A DNA stretch of 40,116 nucleotides, from the UHGV virus genome UHGV-1361477; one strand, given 5' to 3'. Position numbers and translations under genes: made by a program. The notes below the pieces were generated by a model. That model had not been told where the DNA came from and ran no database searches. It worked only from the letters and a program-made list of their open reading frames with translations. Positions 17,148 to 27,970 of this stretch are shown piece after piece. Within the stretch, counting starts at the first letter, position 1; each line of letters starts with the position of its first letter. Source of the DNA: a virus.

Positions 17148-17931
17148 TGCACAACAGGTAAGAGCATTCTCCCTTATGGGGCTTGGCTTAAATGCACCGA
17201 GTGCTCTTATCGTTGTGGCAGCACAACGATAGTTTTCGTCAGAGTTGGCGACTTTGCGGTTTTTTAGAAACTGACCACAAAGATAAATGCAAACGATGAT
17301 GTTGTTCTGATGGCGGCGTAATAGCCTGTAAGTCAGCAAGGTCTTCCGACTCCTTGTAAACAAATTCGGCGCACTGGCCCGGTGTGATTAATAATGGGCA
17401 CACAACAGGTAAGAGCATTGCGCGCCTGACGAGCCCATGAGGGACGAAACGCATTAGCGTCGTGCGGAGTATCCCCAGCCGGGGAATAACTGGATACCAG
17501 GGGAGACAACCCTAAGCGCATTTACGAGTGTGTTTAGGGCGTGGGTCGGCAATGACTCCCTGTGCAGCCGACATCTGGCCCGGCAACATACAGTGCTCCT
17601 TCCGTTGTGCTGAATTAAGCGAATACCGGAAGCAGAATCGGGTCAACAAATGCGTACAGGCGTCATCGCCTCCCAGTAACAGCACACCCAAACTGAGCCG
17701 TAGCCACTGGCTATCCTGAACTCATCAGTGATAGTTACGCTGCGGCCTTCTATACATGACCTTCGTGAAAGCGGGTGGCAAGAGGCTGCGCTAACAACCT
17801 CCTGCCGTTTTGCCCGTGCATATCGGTCACGAACAAATCTGATTACTAAACACAGTAGCCTGGATTTGTTCTATCAGTAATCGACCTTATTCCTAATTAA
17901 ATAGAGCAAATCCCCTTATTGGGGGTAAGAC

Positions 17932-18255
17932 ATGAAGATGCCAGAAAAACATGACCTGTTAGCCGCCATTCTCGCGGCAAAGGAACAAGGCATCGGGGCA
18001 ATCCTTGCGTTTGCAATGGCGTACCTTCGCGGCAGATATAATGGCGGTGCGTTTACAAAAACAGTAATCGACGCAACGATGTGCGCCATTATCGCCTGGT
18101 TCATTCGTGACCTTCTCGACTTCGCCGGACTAAGTAGCAATCTCGCTTATATAACGAGCGTGTTCATCGGCTACATCGGTACTGACTCGATTGGTTCGCT
18201 TATCAAACGCTTCGCTGCTAAAAAAGCCGGAGTAGAAGATGGTGGAAATCAATAA
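17932..18255 (+). CDS. S: holin, lambda S type (dual-start MKM)
   Basis: 107 aa [22 protein letters not shown]... matches lambda S by recall. Confidence 0.95.
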   Translation: MKMPEKHDLLAAILAAKEQGIGAILAFAMAYLRGRYNGGAFTKTVIDATMCAIIAWFIRDLLDFAGLSSNLAYITSVFIGYIGTDSIGSLIKRFAAKKAGVEDGGNQ

Positions 18256-18715
18256 TCAACGTAAGGCGTTCCTCGATATGCTGGCGTGGTCAGAGGGAAC
18301 TGATAACGGACGTCAGAAAACCAGAAATCATGGTTATGACGTCATTGTTGGCGGAGAGCTATTCACTGATTACTCCGATCACCCTCGCAAACTTGTCACG
18401 CTAAACCCAAAACTCAAATCAACAGCAGCCGGACGTTACCAGCTTCTTTCCCGTTGGTGGGATGCCTACCGCAAGCAGCTTGGACTGAAAGACTTCTCTC
18501 CGAAAAGCCAGGACGCTGTGGCATTGCAGCAGATTAAAGAGCGTGGTGCTTTACCGATGATTGACCGCGGTGATATTCGTCAGGCAATCGACCGTTGCAG
18601 TAATATCTGGGCTTCACTGCCGGGCGCTGGTTATGGTCAGTTCGAGCATAAGGCTGACAGCCTGATTGCAAAATTCAAAGAGGCTGGCGGAACGGTCAGA
18701 GAGATTGAGGTATGA
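18239..18715 (+). CDS. R: endolysin, lambda R-type lytic transglycosylase
   Basis: 158 aa [24 protein letters not shown]... matches lambda R. Confidence 0.95.
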   Translation: MVEINNQRKAFLDMLAWSEGTDNGRQKTRNHGYDVIVGGELFTDYSDHPRKLVTLNPKLKSTAAGRYQLLSRWWDAYRKQLGLKDFSPKSQDAVALQQIKERGALPMIDRGDIRQAIDRCSNIWASLPGAGYGQFEHKADSLIAKFKEAGGTVREIEV

Positions 18716-19149
18716 GCAGAGTCACCGCGATTATCTCCGCTCTGGTTATCTGCATCATCGTCTGCCTGTCATGGGCTGTTAATCATTACCGTGATAATGC
18801 CATCGCCTACAAAGAGCAGCGCGATAAAGCCAGGTACATCATCGCTGACATGCAGAAGCGTCAACGTGATGTAGCAGAACTTGACGCCAGATACACAAAG
18901 GAGCTTGCTGATGCTAATGCGACTATCGAAAGTCTCCGTGCTGATGTTTCTGCTGGTCGTAAGCGCCTGCAAGTCGCCGCCACCTGTGCAAAGTCAACGA
19001 CCGGAGCCAGCAGCATGGGCGATGGAGAAAGTCCAAGACTTACAGCAGATGCTGAACTCAATTATTACCGTCTCCGAAGTGGAATCGACAAGATAACCGC
19101 GCAGGTTAACTACCTGCAGGAATACATCAGGACGCAATGCCTTCGATGA
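18712..19149 (+). CDS. Rz: i-spanin Rz
   Basis: 145 aa, N-terminal TM, coiled coil; lambda-like N-terminus. Confidence 0.85.
   Translation: MSRVTAIISALVICIIVCLSWAVNHYRDNAIAYKEQRDKARYIIADMQKRQRDVAELDARYTKELADANATIESLRADVSAGRKRLQVAATCAKSTTGASSMGDGESPRLTADAELNYYRLRSGIDKITAQVNYLQEYIRTQCLR
18911..19096 (+). CDS. Rz1: o-spanin Rz1 (lipoprotein, embedded in Rz +1 frame)
   Basis: 61 aa from ATG 18911; lipobox LVVSAC, proline-rich; nested in Rz. Confidence 0.7.
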   Translation: MLMRLSKVSVLMFLLVVSACKSPPPVQSQRPEPAAWAMEKVQDLQQMLNSIITVSEVESTR

Positions 19150-19323
19150 TAGCGATAATTTTACTCATCATCCTTCACATCTGGCTCTGTAGACAGGATG
19201 GTGATCACTTCTGGAGTGAATCCAGATTAAACATCTCATTGCTGATGCTTGATATTGAGCATCTTGCGCGCGGTAAGGGGCTGCGTTGAGATAAGAGCCA
19301 GTCATTACAAATACCAGGATTTA

Positions 19324-19350
19324 GCCTCGCATTCGCGGGGCTTTTTATTG
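19324..19350 (+). terminator. candidate intrinsic terminator after lysis cassette
   Basis: GCCTCGC-attc-GCGGGGC then TTTTTATTG. Confidence 0.45.
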
Positions 19351-19453
19351 CCATTACAAAAGCCATTCCCTACAGAGTGGCTTTGATAATGGCTTATACC
19401 CTACACGGGATAACTTAACTGATATCCCTTTTAACGGATAAACGGAGCCAACA

Positions 19454-19696
19454 ATGGCAGAGATTATTCCCATGACTGAAGAACAGAAATTCCAGTTAGA
19501 GATTTACAAACTGGTCATGAACCAGAACGCAGCCGCAGAAGAAGCATTTCAATTCATTGGCACTGACGAGCTGAAGCTTGAGCTATTCAAAATTCACTTC
19601 CAGTCAGGCGGCGCTAATTCAGATATCACGACCCGCACTATCGAAGCGGTGCGTAAATCGAAGGAAGCGTTAGACCTGTTCACTACCGGAGCATAA
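19454..19696 (+). CDS. hypothetical protein (80 aa) upstream of terS
   Basis: ORF with GGAG SD; 3 nt before terS. Confidence 0.5.
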   Translation: MAEIIPMTEEQKFQLEIYKLVMNQNAAAEEAFQFIGTDELKLELFKIHFQSGGANSDITTRTIEAVRKSKEALDLFTTGA

Positions 19697-19698
19697 AC

Positions 19699-20139
19699 AT
19701 GGCGCGCCCAACAAAGTATCAAGAGGCGTACGCCGAACAGGCACGCAAACTGTGCTTGCTGGGCTACACCGATGCAGAGCTTGCTGATTTCTTCGAAGTC
19801 AGTGAGTCAACTATTAACAAGTGGAAGCTTGATTATCCTAAGTTTTCGGAGTCCATAAAAAAGGGTAAGGCCGTCGCTGATGCAGAAGTTAGTGACCGTC
19901 TTTATCAACGCGCTATGGGCTTCGTGGCTCCAGACATCGATATTCGTGTTATTGAAAACAGAATTGTCGAAACTCCGCTTGAGAAGTATTACCCGCCTGA
20001 TACAACAGCTGCCATCTTCTGGCTTAAGAACCGACAGAAGGATAAATGGCGCGACAAGGTTGATCACGAATTAACAGGCAAAGACGGCGGCGCAATCCAG
20101 ATTGAAACATCACCGATGAGCACTCTATTCGGAAAATGA
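19699..20139 (+). CDS. terminase small subunit
   Basis: 146 aa; N-terminal HTH (ELADFFEVSESTINKW); immediately upstream of large terminase. Confidence 0.75.
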   Translation: MARPTKYQEAYAEQARKLCLLGYTDAELADFFEVSESTINKWKLDYPKFSESIKKGKAVADAEVSDRLYQRAMGFVAPDIDIRVIENRIVETPLEKYYPPDTTAAIFWLKNRQKDKWRDKVDHELTGKDGGAIQIETSPMSTLFGK

Positions 20140-21548
20140 CCTCGATTAATCCTATCTTTGAACCGTTCATTGAGGCGCATCGCTACAAAGTCGCCAAAGG
20201 CGGTCGAGGTAGCGGTAAATCATGGGCAATTGCGAGGCTGCTTGTTGAGGCGGCGCGTCGGCAGCCTGTGCGTATTCTCTGCGCTCGTGAACTGCAAAAC
20301 AGTATCAGCGATTCGGTGATCCGGCTGCTTGAAGACACCATCGAGCGTGAAGGATATTCGGCTGAGTTTGAAATTCAGCGTTCAATGATTCGTCATCTCG
20401 GAACGAATGCTGAATTCATGTTCTACGGCATAAAAAACAACCCGACGAAGATTAAATCGCTAGAAGGTATTGATATCTGCTGGGTGGAGGAAGCGGAAGC
20501 GGTAACGAAGGAATCATGGGATATCCTGATACCAACCATCCGTAAGCCGTTCTCTGAAATATGGGTGAGCTTTAACCCGAAAAACATCCTCGACGATACC
20601 TATCAGCGATTCGTTGTAAATCCTCCCGATGATATTTGCCTGCTGACGGTGAACTACACCGACAACCCGCATTTTCCTGAAGTTCTCCGTCTGGAGATGG
20701 AAGAGTGTAAACGCAGAAATCCGACACTGTATCGTCACATCTGGCTTGGTGAGCCGGTAAGCGCAAGTGATATGGCAATCATCAAACGTGAATGGCTTGA
20801 AGCTGCTACCGATGCGCACAAGAAACTCGGATGGAAAGCGAAAGGCGCTGTTGTCTCTGCGCATGACCCATCAGATACAGGGCCAGATGCTAAAGGTTAT
20901 GCATCGCGTCACGGTTCGGTGGTTAAGCGCATTGCCGAAGGTCTACTGATGGACATCAACGAGGGTGCTGACTGGGCTACTTCTCTGGCGATTGAAGACG
21001 GCGCTGACCACTACCTGTGGGATGGCGATGGCGTTGGTGCCGGGCTACGCAGACAGACAACGGAAGCATTCTCCGGTAAGAAAATCACCGCCACGATGTT
21101 TAAGGGCAGCGAATCGCCGTTCGATGAAGATGCACCGTATCAGGCCGGAGCATGGGCTGATGAAGTCGTGCAGGGCGACAACGTTCGCACTATTGGCGAT
21201 GTGTTCCGCAATAAGCGAGCGCAATTCTATTACGCGCTGGCTGACAGGTTGTATCTGACATATCGGGCGGTTGTCCACGGTGAGTATGCAGACCCCGACG
21301 ACATGCTGAGCTTCGACAAAGAAGCGATAGGCGAGAAGATGCTGGAGAAGCTGTTTGCAGAACTGACGCAGATTCAGCGCAAATTCAATAACAACGGGAA
21401 GCTGGAGCTTATGACTAAGGTCGAAATGAAGCAGAAGCTCGGTATTCCATCTCCTAACCTGGCTGATGCGCTGATGATGTGTATGCATTGCCCGGCATTG
21501 GTCCGCGAAGAAACAGAAATATACGTTCCCTCATCCTCCGGTTGGTAA
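20136..21548 (+). CDS. terminase large subunit
   Basis: 470 aa; Walker A KGGRGSGKS; nuclease domain; same length as Sf6 gp2 by recall. Confidence 0.9.
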   Translation: MTSINPIFEPFIEAHRYKVAKGGRGSGKSWAIARLLVEAARRQPVRILCARELQNSISDSVIRLLEDTIEREGYSAEFEIQRSMIRHLGTNAEFMFYGIKNNPTKIKSLEGIDICWVEEAEAVTKESWDILIPTIRKPFSEIWVSFNPKNILDDTYQRFVVNPPDDICLLTVNYTDNPHFPEVLRLEMEECKRRNPTLYRHIWLGEPVSASDMAIIKREWLEAATDAHKKLGWKAKGAVVSAHDPSDTGPDAKGYASRHGSVVKRIAEGLLMDINEGADWATSLAIEDGADHYLWDGDGVGAGLRRQTTEAFSGKKITATMFKGSESPFDEDAPYQAGAWADEVVQGDNVRTIGDVFRNKRAQFYYALADRLYLTYRAVVHGEYADPDDMLSFDKEAIGEKMLEKLFAELTQIQRKFNNNGKLELMTKVEMKQKLGIPSPNLADALMMCMHCPALVREETEIYVPSSSGW

Positions 21549-21550
21549 AC

Positions 21551-23677
21551 ATGGCAGAGACATTAGAGAAAAAACATGAGCGGATCATGCTCAGGTTTGA
21601 CCGCGCCTATTCTCCACAGAAGGAAGTGCGCGAAAAGTGCATTGAAGCTACGAGGTTTGCTCGTGTCCCCGGAGGTCAATGGGAAGGAGCAACGGCGGCT
21701 GGAACTAAGCTTGATGAGCAGTTCGAGAAGTATCCTAAGTTTGAAATCAATAAGGTAGCAACTGAACTTAACCGCATCATTGCAGAATACCGCAATAACA
21801 GAATCACTGTTAAGTTTCGTCCTGGTGACAGAGAGGCAAGCGAAGAGTTAGCCAATAAATTAAATGGTCTGTTCCGTGCTGACTACGAAGAAACTGATGG
21901 CGGTGAGGCTTGCGATAATGCATTTGACGACGCTGCTACTGGTGGTTTCGGTTGCTTCCGTTTGACGTCGATGCTGGTCAATGAATACGACCCCATGGAC
22001 GATCGTCAGCGTATTGCTATTGAACCAATATACGACCCGTCGCGCTCTGTGTGGTTTGACCCTGACGCTAAGAAGTACGACAAATCTGACGCGTTGTGGG
22101 CGTTCTGCATGTATTCGTTGTCACCTGAAAAATATGAGGCTGAATACGGAAAGAAACCTCCTGCTTCTCTGGATGTAACGTCTATGACCAGTTGGGAATA
22201 TGACTGGTTTGATGAAGATGTTATTTACATAGCGAAGTATTACGAAGTTCGTAAAGAGTCTGTTGACGTCATCAGTTATCGACATCCAATCACTGGAGAG
22301 ATTGCAACATACGACAGTGATCAGGTTGAAGATATTGAAGATGAACTGGCAATAGCTGGATTTCATGAAGTGGCAAGGCGCTCAGTGAAGCGCCGTCGTG
22401 TGTATGTATCCGTAGTGGATGGTGATGGTTTCCTTGAGAAACCTCGACGTATTCCTGGTGAGCATATCCCCCTCATCCCGGTTTATGGAAAACGCTGGTT
22501 CATTGATGACATTGAGCGTGTCGAAGGACATATTGCAAAAGCAATGGATCCACAGCGTTTGTATAACCTTCAGGTATCAATGCTGGCTGATACTGCAGCA
22601 CAAGACCCCGGTCAGATCCCTATAGTTGGCATGGAGCAAATTCGTGGACTTGAGAAGCACTGGGAGGCTCGCAACAAGAAACGACCAGCGTTCTTGCCGT
22701 TGCGCGAAGTGAGAGATAAATCTGGCAACATTATCGCTGGAGCTACCCCGGCAGGATATACACAGCCTGCGGTTATGAATCAGGCATTGGCTGCATTACT
22801 ACAGCAAACCAGTGCAGATATTCAGGAGGTTACAGGCGGCAGTCAGGCCATGCAGCAGATGCCAAGTAATATTGCTCAGGAAACGGTTAACAACTTGATG
22901 AACAGAGCAGATATGGCTTCGTTTATCTATCTGGACAATATGGCGAAAAGTCTTAAACGCGCTGGTGAAGTATGGCTGTCAATGGCGCGTGAAGTGTACG
23001 GTTCAGAACGTGAAGTGCGCATCGTTAACGAAGATGGAAGTGATGATATCGCTGTCATGAGCGCACAGGTTGTTGACAGGCAAACAGGGGCTGTTGTTGC
23101 GTTAAATGACCTTTCTGTCGGTCGATACGATGTGACGGTTGATGTTGGACCAAGCTACACAGCACGACGTGATGCAACGGTTTCTGTACTGACAAATGTC
23201 CTTAGCTCTATGCTTCCAACAGACCCAATGCGCCCGGCAATTCAGGGTATTATTCTGGACAATATCGATGGCGAAGGCCTTGATGACTTCAAAGAGTACA
23301 ACCGAAACCAACTGCTGATATCTGGCATTGCAAAACCACGCAATGAGAAAGAGCAGCAGATTGTTCAACAGGCGCAAATGGCAGCACAAAGCCAGCCAAA
23401 TCCTGAAATGGTTCTCGCTCAGGCGCAAATGGTAGCAGCGCAGGCAGAAGCGCAAAAAGCAACTAACGAAACTGCTCAAACTCAAATCAAAGCATTTACT
23501 GCCCAGCAGGATGCGATGGAGAGTCAGGCAAACACTGTCTATAAACTGGCTCAAGCCAGAAACATCGATGACAAAGCAGTGATGGAGGCAATACGCCTTC
23601 TGAAAGATGTCGCCGAGTCACAACAACAGCAATTCCAGTCACCACCACAGTCTCCGGCAGACTTAATGCCGAGTTAA
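21551..23677 (+). CDS. portal protein (P22/Sf6-type)
   Basis: 708 aa from ATG 21551; blocks KRRRVYVSVV and GEHIPLIPVYG align with P22 gp1 KRRRVYKSII and GEHIPIVPVFG. Confidence 0.9.
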   Translation: MAETLEKKHERIMLRFDRAYSPQKEVREKCIEATRFARVPGGQWEGATAAGTKLDEQFEKYPKFEINKVATELNRIIAEYRNNRITVKFRPGDREASEELANKLNGLFRADYEETDGGEACDNAFDDAATGGFGCFRLTSMLVNEYDPMDDRQRIAIEPIYDPSRSVWFDPDAKKYDKSDALWAFCMYSLSPEKYEAEYGKKPPASLDVTSMTSWEYDWFDEDVIYIAKYYEVRKESVDVISYRHPITGEIATYDSDQVEDIEDELAIAGFHEVARRSVKRRRVYVSVVDGDGFLEKPRRIPGEHIPLIPVYGKRWFIDDIERVEGHIAKAMDPQRLYNLQVSMLADTAAQDPGQIPIVGMEQIRGLEKHWEARNKKRPAFLPLREVRDKSGNIIAGATPAGYTQPAVMNQALAALLQQTSADIQEVTGGSQAMQQMPSNIAQETVNNLMNRADMASFIYLDNMAKSLKRAGEVWLSMAREVYGSEREVRIVNEDGSDDIAVMSAQVVDRQTGAVVALNDLSVGRYDVTVDVGPSYTARRDATVSVLTNVLSSMLPTDPMRPAIQGIILDNIDGEGLDDFKEYNRNQLLISGIAKPRNEKEQQIVQQAQMAAQSQPNPEMVLAQAQMVAAQAEAQKATNETAQTQIKAFTAQQDAMESQANTVYKLAQARNIDDKAVMEAIRLLKDVAESQQQQFQSPPQSPADLMPS

Positions 23678-23690
23678 CCAGGAGTAATCA

Positions 23691-24575
23691 ATGGAAAACG
23701 AACTGATCATCGACGGTCAGGTTATTGGCCTGTCTGAAACACAGGAAAATGCAGAAGAAACCATCATCCAAACAGAGTCACAGCCTGAGAATGAAAGCCA
23801 GGATGACAACGGTAAAGAGGTGGCAATTGAGCCTGAAAAAACCGAAGAGACACCAGAAGATTACGCCTTGCGTATTGGTGATGAAGAAATTCAGCTTAAC
23901 GCTGACGATGATGATCACATTGACGGGCAACCTGCACCGCAATGGGTGAAAGATCTTCGCAAAGGCTTCAAAGAAACACAGAAAGAAAACCGTGAGTTGC
24001 GCCGCCAGCTTGAGGAAGCATTAGCCAAGCCTGCGGAACATCAGCAACCACAACCAGACGCTATTCCACCAAAACCGACTCTTGAGTCGTGTGATTATGA
24101 CGAACAGGCGTTTGAACAGGCATTGACTGATTGGCATGAGAAAAAAGGCCGTGTCGAACAGCAGCAGCAACAAAAACTACGTCAGCAACAGGAATACCAA
24201 CAGCGTTTCCAGCAAAGGGTAGAAGCGCATAAACAACGGGCAGCCAAACTTCCTGTGAAAGATTATCAGGAAATGGAGGCCATTGTTCTTAGTGAGCTAC
24301 CACCAATTCAGCAGGAAATCATCATTCACTGTGCAGACGAAGGCTCTGAACTACTCGCCTATGGCTTAGGTAAGAGCCAGCAATTACGCCAGCGTGTAGC
24401 CGCTGAGACAGATCCAATTCGCGCAGCATTCCTCTTGGGGCAGATTAGCAAACAGGTAAGCCTTGCTCCAAAACCAAAGAAAGCCATCAAGCCAGAGCCG
24501 GAAGTACGTGGTGGCGGTGCTGATGCGAAACAAGACGAATTCAACAAATTATGCCCCGGCGCAAAAATCGAATAA
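23691..24575 (+). CDS. scaffolding protein
   Basis: 294 aa, acidic, Q-rich coiled coil; between portal and coat. Confidence 0.7.
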   Translation: MENELIIDGQVIGLSETQENAEETIIQTESQPENESQDDNGKEVAIEPEKTEETPEDYALRIGDEEIQLNADDDDHIDGQPAPQWVKDLRKGFKETQKENRELRRQLEEALAKPAEHQQPQPDAIPPKPTLESCDYDEQAFEQALTDWHEKKGRVEQQQQQKLRQQQEYQQRFQQRVEAHKQRAAKLPVKDYQEMEAIVLSELPPIQQEIIIHCADEGSELLAYGLGKSQQLRQRVAAETDPIRAAFLLGQISKQVSLAPKPKKAIKPEPEVRGGGADAKQDEFNKLCPGAKIE

Positions 24576-24586
24576 GGAAAAGATAA

Positions 24587-25858
24587 ATGCATAACAATCT
24601 CGACAGTAACGTCAGTCAAATCGTTCTGAAAAAATTCCTTCCTGGTTTTATGTCAGATTTAGTTCTGGCGAAAACCGTAGACCGTCAGTTGCTGGCAGGT
24701 GAAATCAACTCCAGCACTGGCGATAGCGTTAGCTTTAAACGTCCGCATCAATTCTCATCCCTCCGTACTCCCACTGGTGATATTTCAGGGCAAAATAAAA
24801 ACAACCTGATCTCAGGTAAAGCTACGGGGCGTGTAGGTAACTACATCACTGTTGCTGTTGAATATCAGCAACTGGAGGAAGCGATCAAGCTTAACCAACT
24901 GGAAGAAATTCTCGCGCCGGTTCGCCAGCGAATCGTTACCGACCTTGAAACAGAGCTTGCTCACTTCATGATGAATAACGGTGCGTTGTCACTTGGTAGC
25001 CCCAATACTCCAATCACCAAATGGTCTGATGTTGCGCAGACGGCATCTTTCCTGAAAGACCTCGGCGTTAATGAAGGTGAAAACTATGCTGTAATGGATC
25101 CATGGTCTGCACAGCGACTTGCTGATGCGCAGACTGGTTTGCACGCTTCAGATCAATTGGTTCGTACTGCATGGGAGAATGCGCAGATTCCAACCAATTT
25201 TGGCGGCATTCGCGCACTGATGTCTAATGGGCTTGCCTCTCGTACGCAGGGGGCATTTGGCGGAACACTGACAGTCAAAACACAGCCAACTGTTACCTAT
25301 AACGCAGTTAAAGACTCATACCAGTTCACTGTAACATTGACCGGAGCGACAGCCAGCGTTACAGGTTTTCTGAAAGCTGGTGATCAGGTTAAATTCACCA
25401 ATACCTACTGGCTGCAACAGCAGACCAAACAGGCGTTGTATAACGGAGCCACACCAATTAGCTTCACTGCAACGGTTACTGCTGATGCTAATTCAGACAG
25501 CAGTGGCGATGTGACGGTTACGCTTTCTGGTGTTCCGATTTATGACACTACAAACCCGCAGTACAACTCTGTAAGTCGTCAGGTAGCGGCAGGCGATGCC
25601 GTATCTGTAGTAGGCACTGCTAGCCAGACAATGAAGCCAAACCTGTTCTATAACAAGTTCTTCTGTGGACTTGGCTCTATCCCACTGCCGAAACTGCACA
25701 GTATTGATTCTGCTGTTGCAACATATGAAGGTTTCTCCATCCGCGTACATAAATACGCAGATGGCGATGCCAACGTGCAAAAAATGCGCTTTGACTTACT
25801 GCCTGCATATGTGTGCTTTAACCCTCACATGGGCGGTCAGTTCTTCGGTAATCCGTAA
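24587..25858 (+). CDS. major capsid (coat) protein, P22/Sf6-like
   Basis: 423 aa; position and size as Sf6 gp5; followed by strong terminator. Confidence 0.8.
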   Translation: MHNNLDSNVSQIVLKKFLPGFMSDLVLAKTVDRQLLAGEINSSTGDSVSFKRPHQFSSLRTPTGDISGQNKNNLISGKATGRVGNYITVAVEYQQLEEAIKLNQLEEILAPVRQRIVTDLETELAHFMMNNGALSLGSPNTPITKWSDVAQTASFLKDLGVNEGENYAVMDPWSAQRLADAQTGLHASDQLVRTAWENAQIPTNFGGIRALMSNGLASRTQGAFGGTLTVKTQPTVTYNAVKDSYQFTVTLTGATASVTGFLKAGDQVKFTNTYWLQQQTKQALYNGATPISFTATVTADANSDSSGDVTVTLSGVPIYDTTNPQYNSVSRQVAAGDAVSVVGTASQTMKPNLFYNKFFCGLGSIPLPKLHSIDSAVATYEGFSIRVHKYADGDANVQKMRFDLLPAYVCFNPHMGGQFFGNP

Positions 25859-25862
25859 TAAC

Positions 25863-25890
25863 AAGGGGCTTCCGCCCCTTTTATGTTTTA
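25863..25890 (+). terminator. intrinsic terminator after coat gene
   Basis: AAGGGGC-ttcc-GCCCCTT then TTTATGTTTT. Confidence 0.7.
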
Positions 25891-25900
25891 AGGAAACAAT

Positions 25901-26086
25901 ATGGATCGCATGAGTGTATTCCTTGCCGCAGATAACGAATCCGGACATGTACAGGCCGTTATCGCAGAAAAAGACTTCCAGTTTTTCGAAAAGTTGGGCT
26001 TTGTTGCCTCAGTTGATGAATTGAAATCGACCAGCAAGCGAGGTCGTAAGGCGGCAGACAATGGCAACAGTACTGACAAAGGGTGA
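25901..26086 (+). CDS. hypothetical small protein (61 aa)
   Basis: ORF after coat terminator; overlaps next gene by 26 nt. Confidence 0.4.
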   Translation: MDRMSVFLAADNESGHVQAVIAEKDFQFFEKLGFVASVDELKSTSKRGRKAADNGNSTDKG

Positions 26087-26543
26087 GATCGTCCTTTTTG
26101 CGCTTCGTAAGTTTGCTATTGCTTCTAATGCATCGCTGACTGATGTTGAGCCGCAATCAATTGAAGATGGTGTAAATGATCTGGAAGATATGATGTCCGA
26201 GTGGATGATTAACCCCGGCGACATTGGTTACGCTTTCGCAACTGGAGATGAGCAGCCATTACCAGATGATGAGTCAGGTCTTCCAAGAAAATACAAACAC
26301 GCAGTAGGCTATCAGTTATTGCTGAGAATGCTATCTGATTACAGCCTTGAGCCAACTCCGCAAGTTCTCAGTAACGCCCAACGCTCATATGATGCCTTGA
26401 TGACCGACACTCTGGTTGTTCCTTCAATGCGACGACGTGGAGATTTTCCTGTAGGACAGGGTAATAAATATGACGTGTTTACATCTGACCGATATTATCC
26501 AGGCGATCTCCCTATGATTGATGGCGATATCCCAAACGCATAG
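26061..26543 (+). CDS. head completion / tail accessory protein (P22 gp4-like)
   Basis: 160 aa; position and size as P22 gp4. Confidence 0.55.
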   Translation: MATVLTKGEIVLFALRKFAIASNASLTDVEPQSIEDGVNDLEDMMSEWMINPGDIGYAFATGDEQPLPDDESGLPRKYKHAVGYQLLLRMLSDYSLEPTPQVLSNAQRSYDALMTDTLVVPSMRRRGDFPVGQGNKYDVFTSDRYYPGDLPMIDGDIPNA

Positions 26544-26551
26544 GTGAATAA

Positions 26552-27970
26552 ATGCCGATTCAGCAACTTCCGCTTATGAAAGGTGTCGGCAAAGACTTTC
26601 GAAACGCCGACTATATCGACTATCTGCCAGTGAATATGTTGGCTACACCCAAAGAAATCCTGAGCAGCAGCGGATATCTTCGCTCATTCCCGGGCATTGC
26701 CAAACGCTCTGATGTAAACGGTGTATCGCGCGGCGTCGAGTACAACATGGCGCAGAGTGCTGTTTATCGCGTGTGTGGTGGCAAGCTGTACAAAGGAGAA
26801 AATGCAGTCGGTGATGTTGCCGGAAGTGGTCGCGTATCAATGGCACATGGTCGGACATCTCAGGCTGTAGGCGTTAATGGTCAACTGGTCGAGTATCGCT
26901 ATGATGGCACGGTTAAAACCGTCTCAAACTGGCCTGCAGACAGCGGATTCACTCAGTATGAGTTAGGTTCGGTTCGCGACATTACGCGCTTGCGTGGGCG
27001 TTATGCGTGGTCAAAAGACGGCACCGATTCATGGTTTATCACTGACCTTGAAGACGAATCGCATCCTGACCGATACAGCGCACAATATCGTGCCGAGTCT
27101 CAGCCTGACGGCATCATTGGCATCGGAACATGGCGAGACTTCATCGTCTGTTTTGGTTCATCGACGATTGAGTATTTTTCCCTGACTGGTGCAACCACCG
27201 TTGGTGCCGCTTTGTATGTCGCACAGCCATCGCTGATGGTGCAGAAAGGTATTGCCGGAACCTATTGCAAAACGCCATTCGCTGATTCCTATGCGTTCAT
27301 CAGCAATCCGGCAACAGGTGCTCCGTCTGTGTATATCATCGGCTCCGGTCAGGTATCACCAATCGCCAGCGCGAGCATTGAGAAAATACTACGCTCCTAC
27401 ACTGCTGATGAACTTGCTGATGGCGTGATGGAATCGCTGCGATTTGATGCGCATGAACTGCTGATTATCCACCTTCCGCGCCACGTCCTCGTGTACGACG
27501 CATCTTCAAGCGCCAATGGTCCGCAATGGTGTGTACTGAAAACAGGCTTGTATGACGATGTGTACCGCGCTATCGACTTCATTTACGAAGGCAATCAGAT
27601 AACGTGCGGCGATAAGCTGGAATCGGTGACCGGGAAATTGCAATTCGATATCAGCAGCCAGTACGACAAGCAACAGGAACATCTGCTGTTTACTCCTCTG
27701 TTCAAAGCGGATAACGCCAGAGTGTTCGATCTTGAGGTTGAATCGTCAACTGGCGTTGCGCAGTACGCCGACCGCCTGTTCCTCTCTGCAACCACTGACG
27801 GCATAAATTACGGACGTGAGCAGATGATTGAACAGAATGAACCGTTCGTTTACGACAAACGTGTTTTGTGGAAGCGAGTCGGGCGCATCAGGAAAAATGT
27901 TGGCTTCAAATTGCGCGTTATCACGAAGTCACCTGTCACTCTGTCAGGCTGCCAGATAAGGATCGAGTAA
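26552..27970 (+). CDS. tail accessory protein (P22 gp10-like)
   Basis: 472 aa, same length and position as P22 gp10. Confidence 0.6.
   Translation: MPIQQLPLMKGVGKDFRNADYIDYLPVNMLATPKEILSSSGYLRSFPGIAKRSDVNGVSRGVEYNMAQSAVYRVCGGKLYKGENAVGDVAGSGRVSMAHGRTSQAVGVNGQLVEYRYDGTVKTVSNWPADSGFTQYELGSVRDITRLRGRYAWSKDGTDSWFITDLEDESHPDRYSAQYRAESQPDGIIGIGTWRDFIVCFGSSTIEYFSLTGATTVGAALYVAQPSLMVQKGIAGTYCKTPFADSYAFISNPATGAPSVYIIGSGQVSPIASASIEKILRSYTADELADGVMESLRFDAHELLIIHLPRHVLVYDASSSANGPQWCVLKTGLYDDVYRAIDFIYEGNQITCGDKLESVTGKLQFDISSQYDKQQEHLLFTPLFKADNARVFDLEVESSTGVAQYADRLFLSATTDGINYGREQMIEQNEPFVYDKRVLWKRVGRIRKNVGFKLRVITKSPVTLSGCQIRIE

Noticed and set aside
17058-17931. Possible tRNA or toxin cargo gene between Q and the holin
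   Set aside because: No T-arm consensus (GTTCGA/GTTCAA + ATCC) or CCA-end context on either strand, and only short overlapping ORFs (60-90 aa) with no RBS or coherent composition.
10503-21548. ORF-track extended starts for helicase (10503), portal (21479), paralog B (13020) and others
   Set aside because: Upstream extensions use alternative start codons without SD; the in-frame ATG or GTG with a Shine-Dalgarno motif was preferred.
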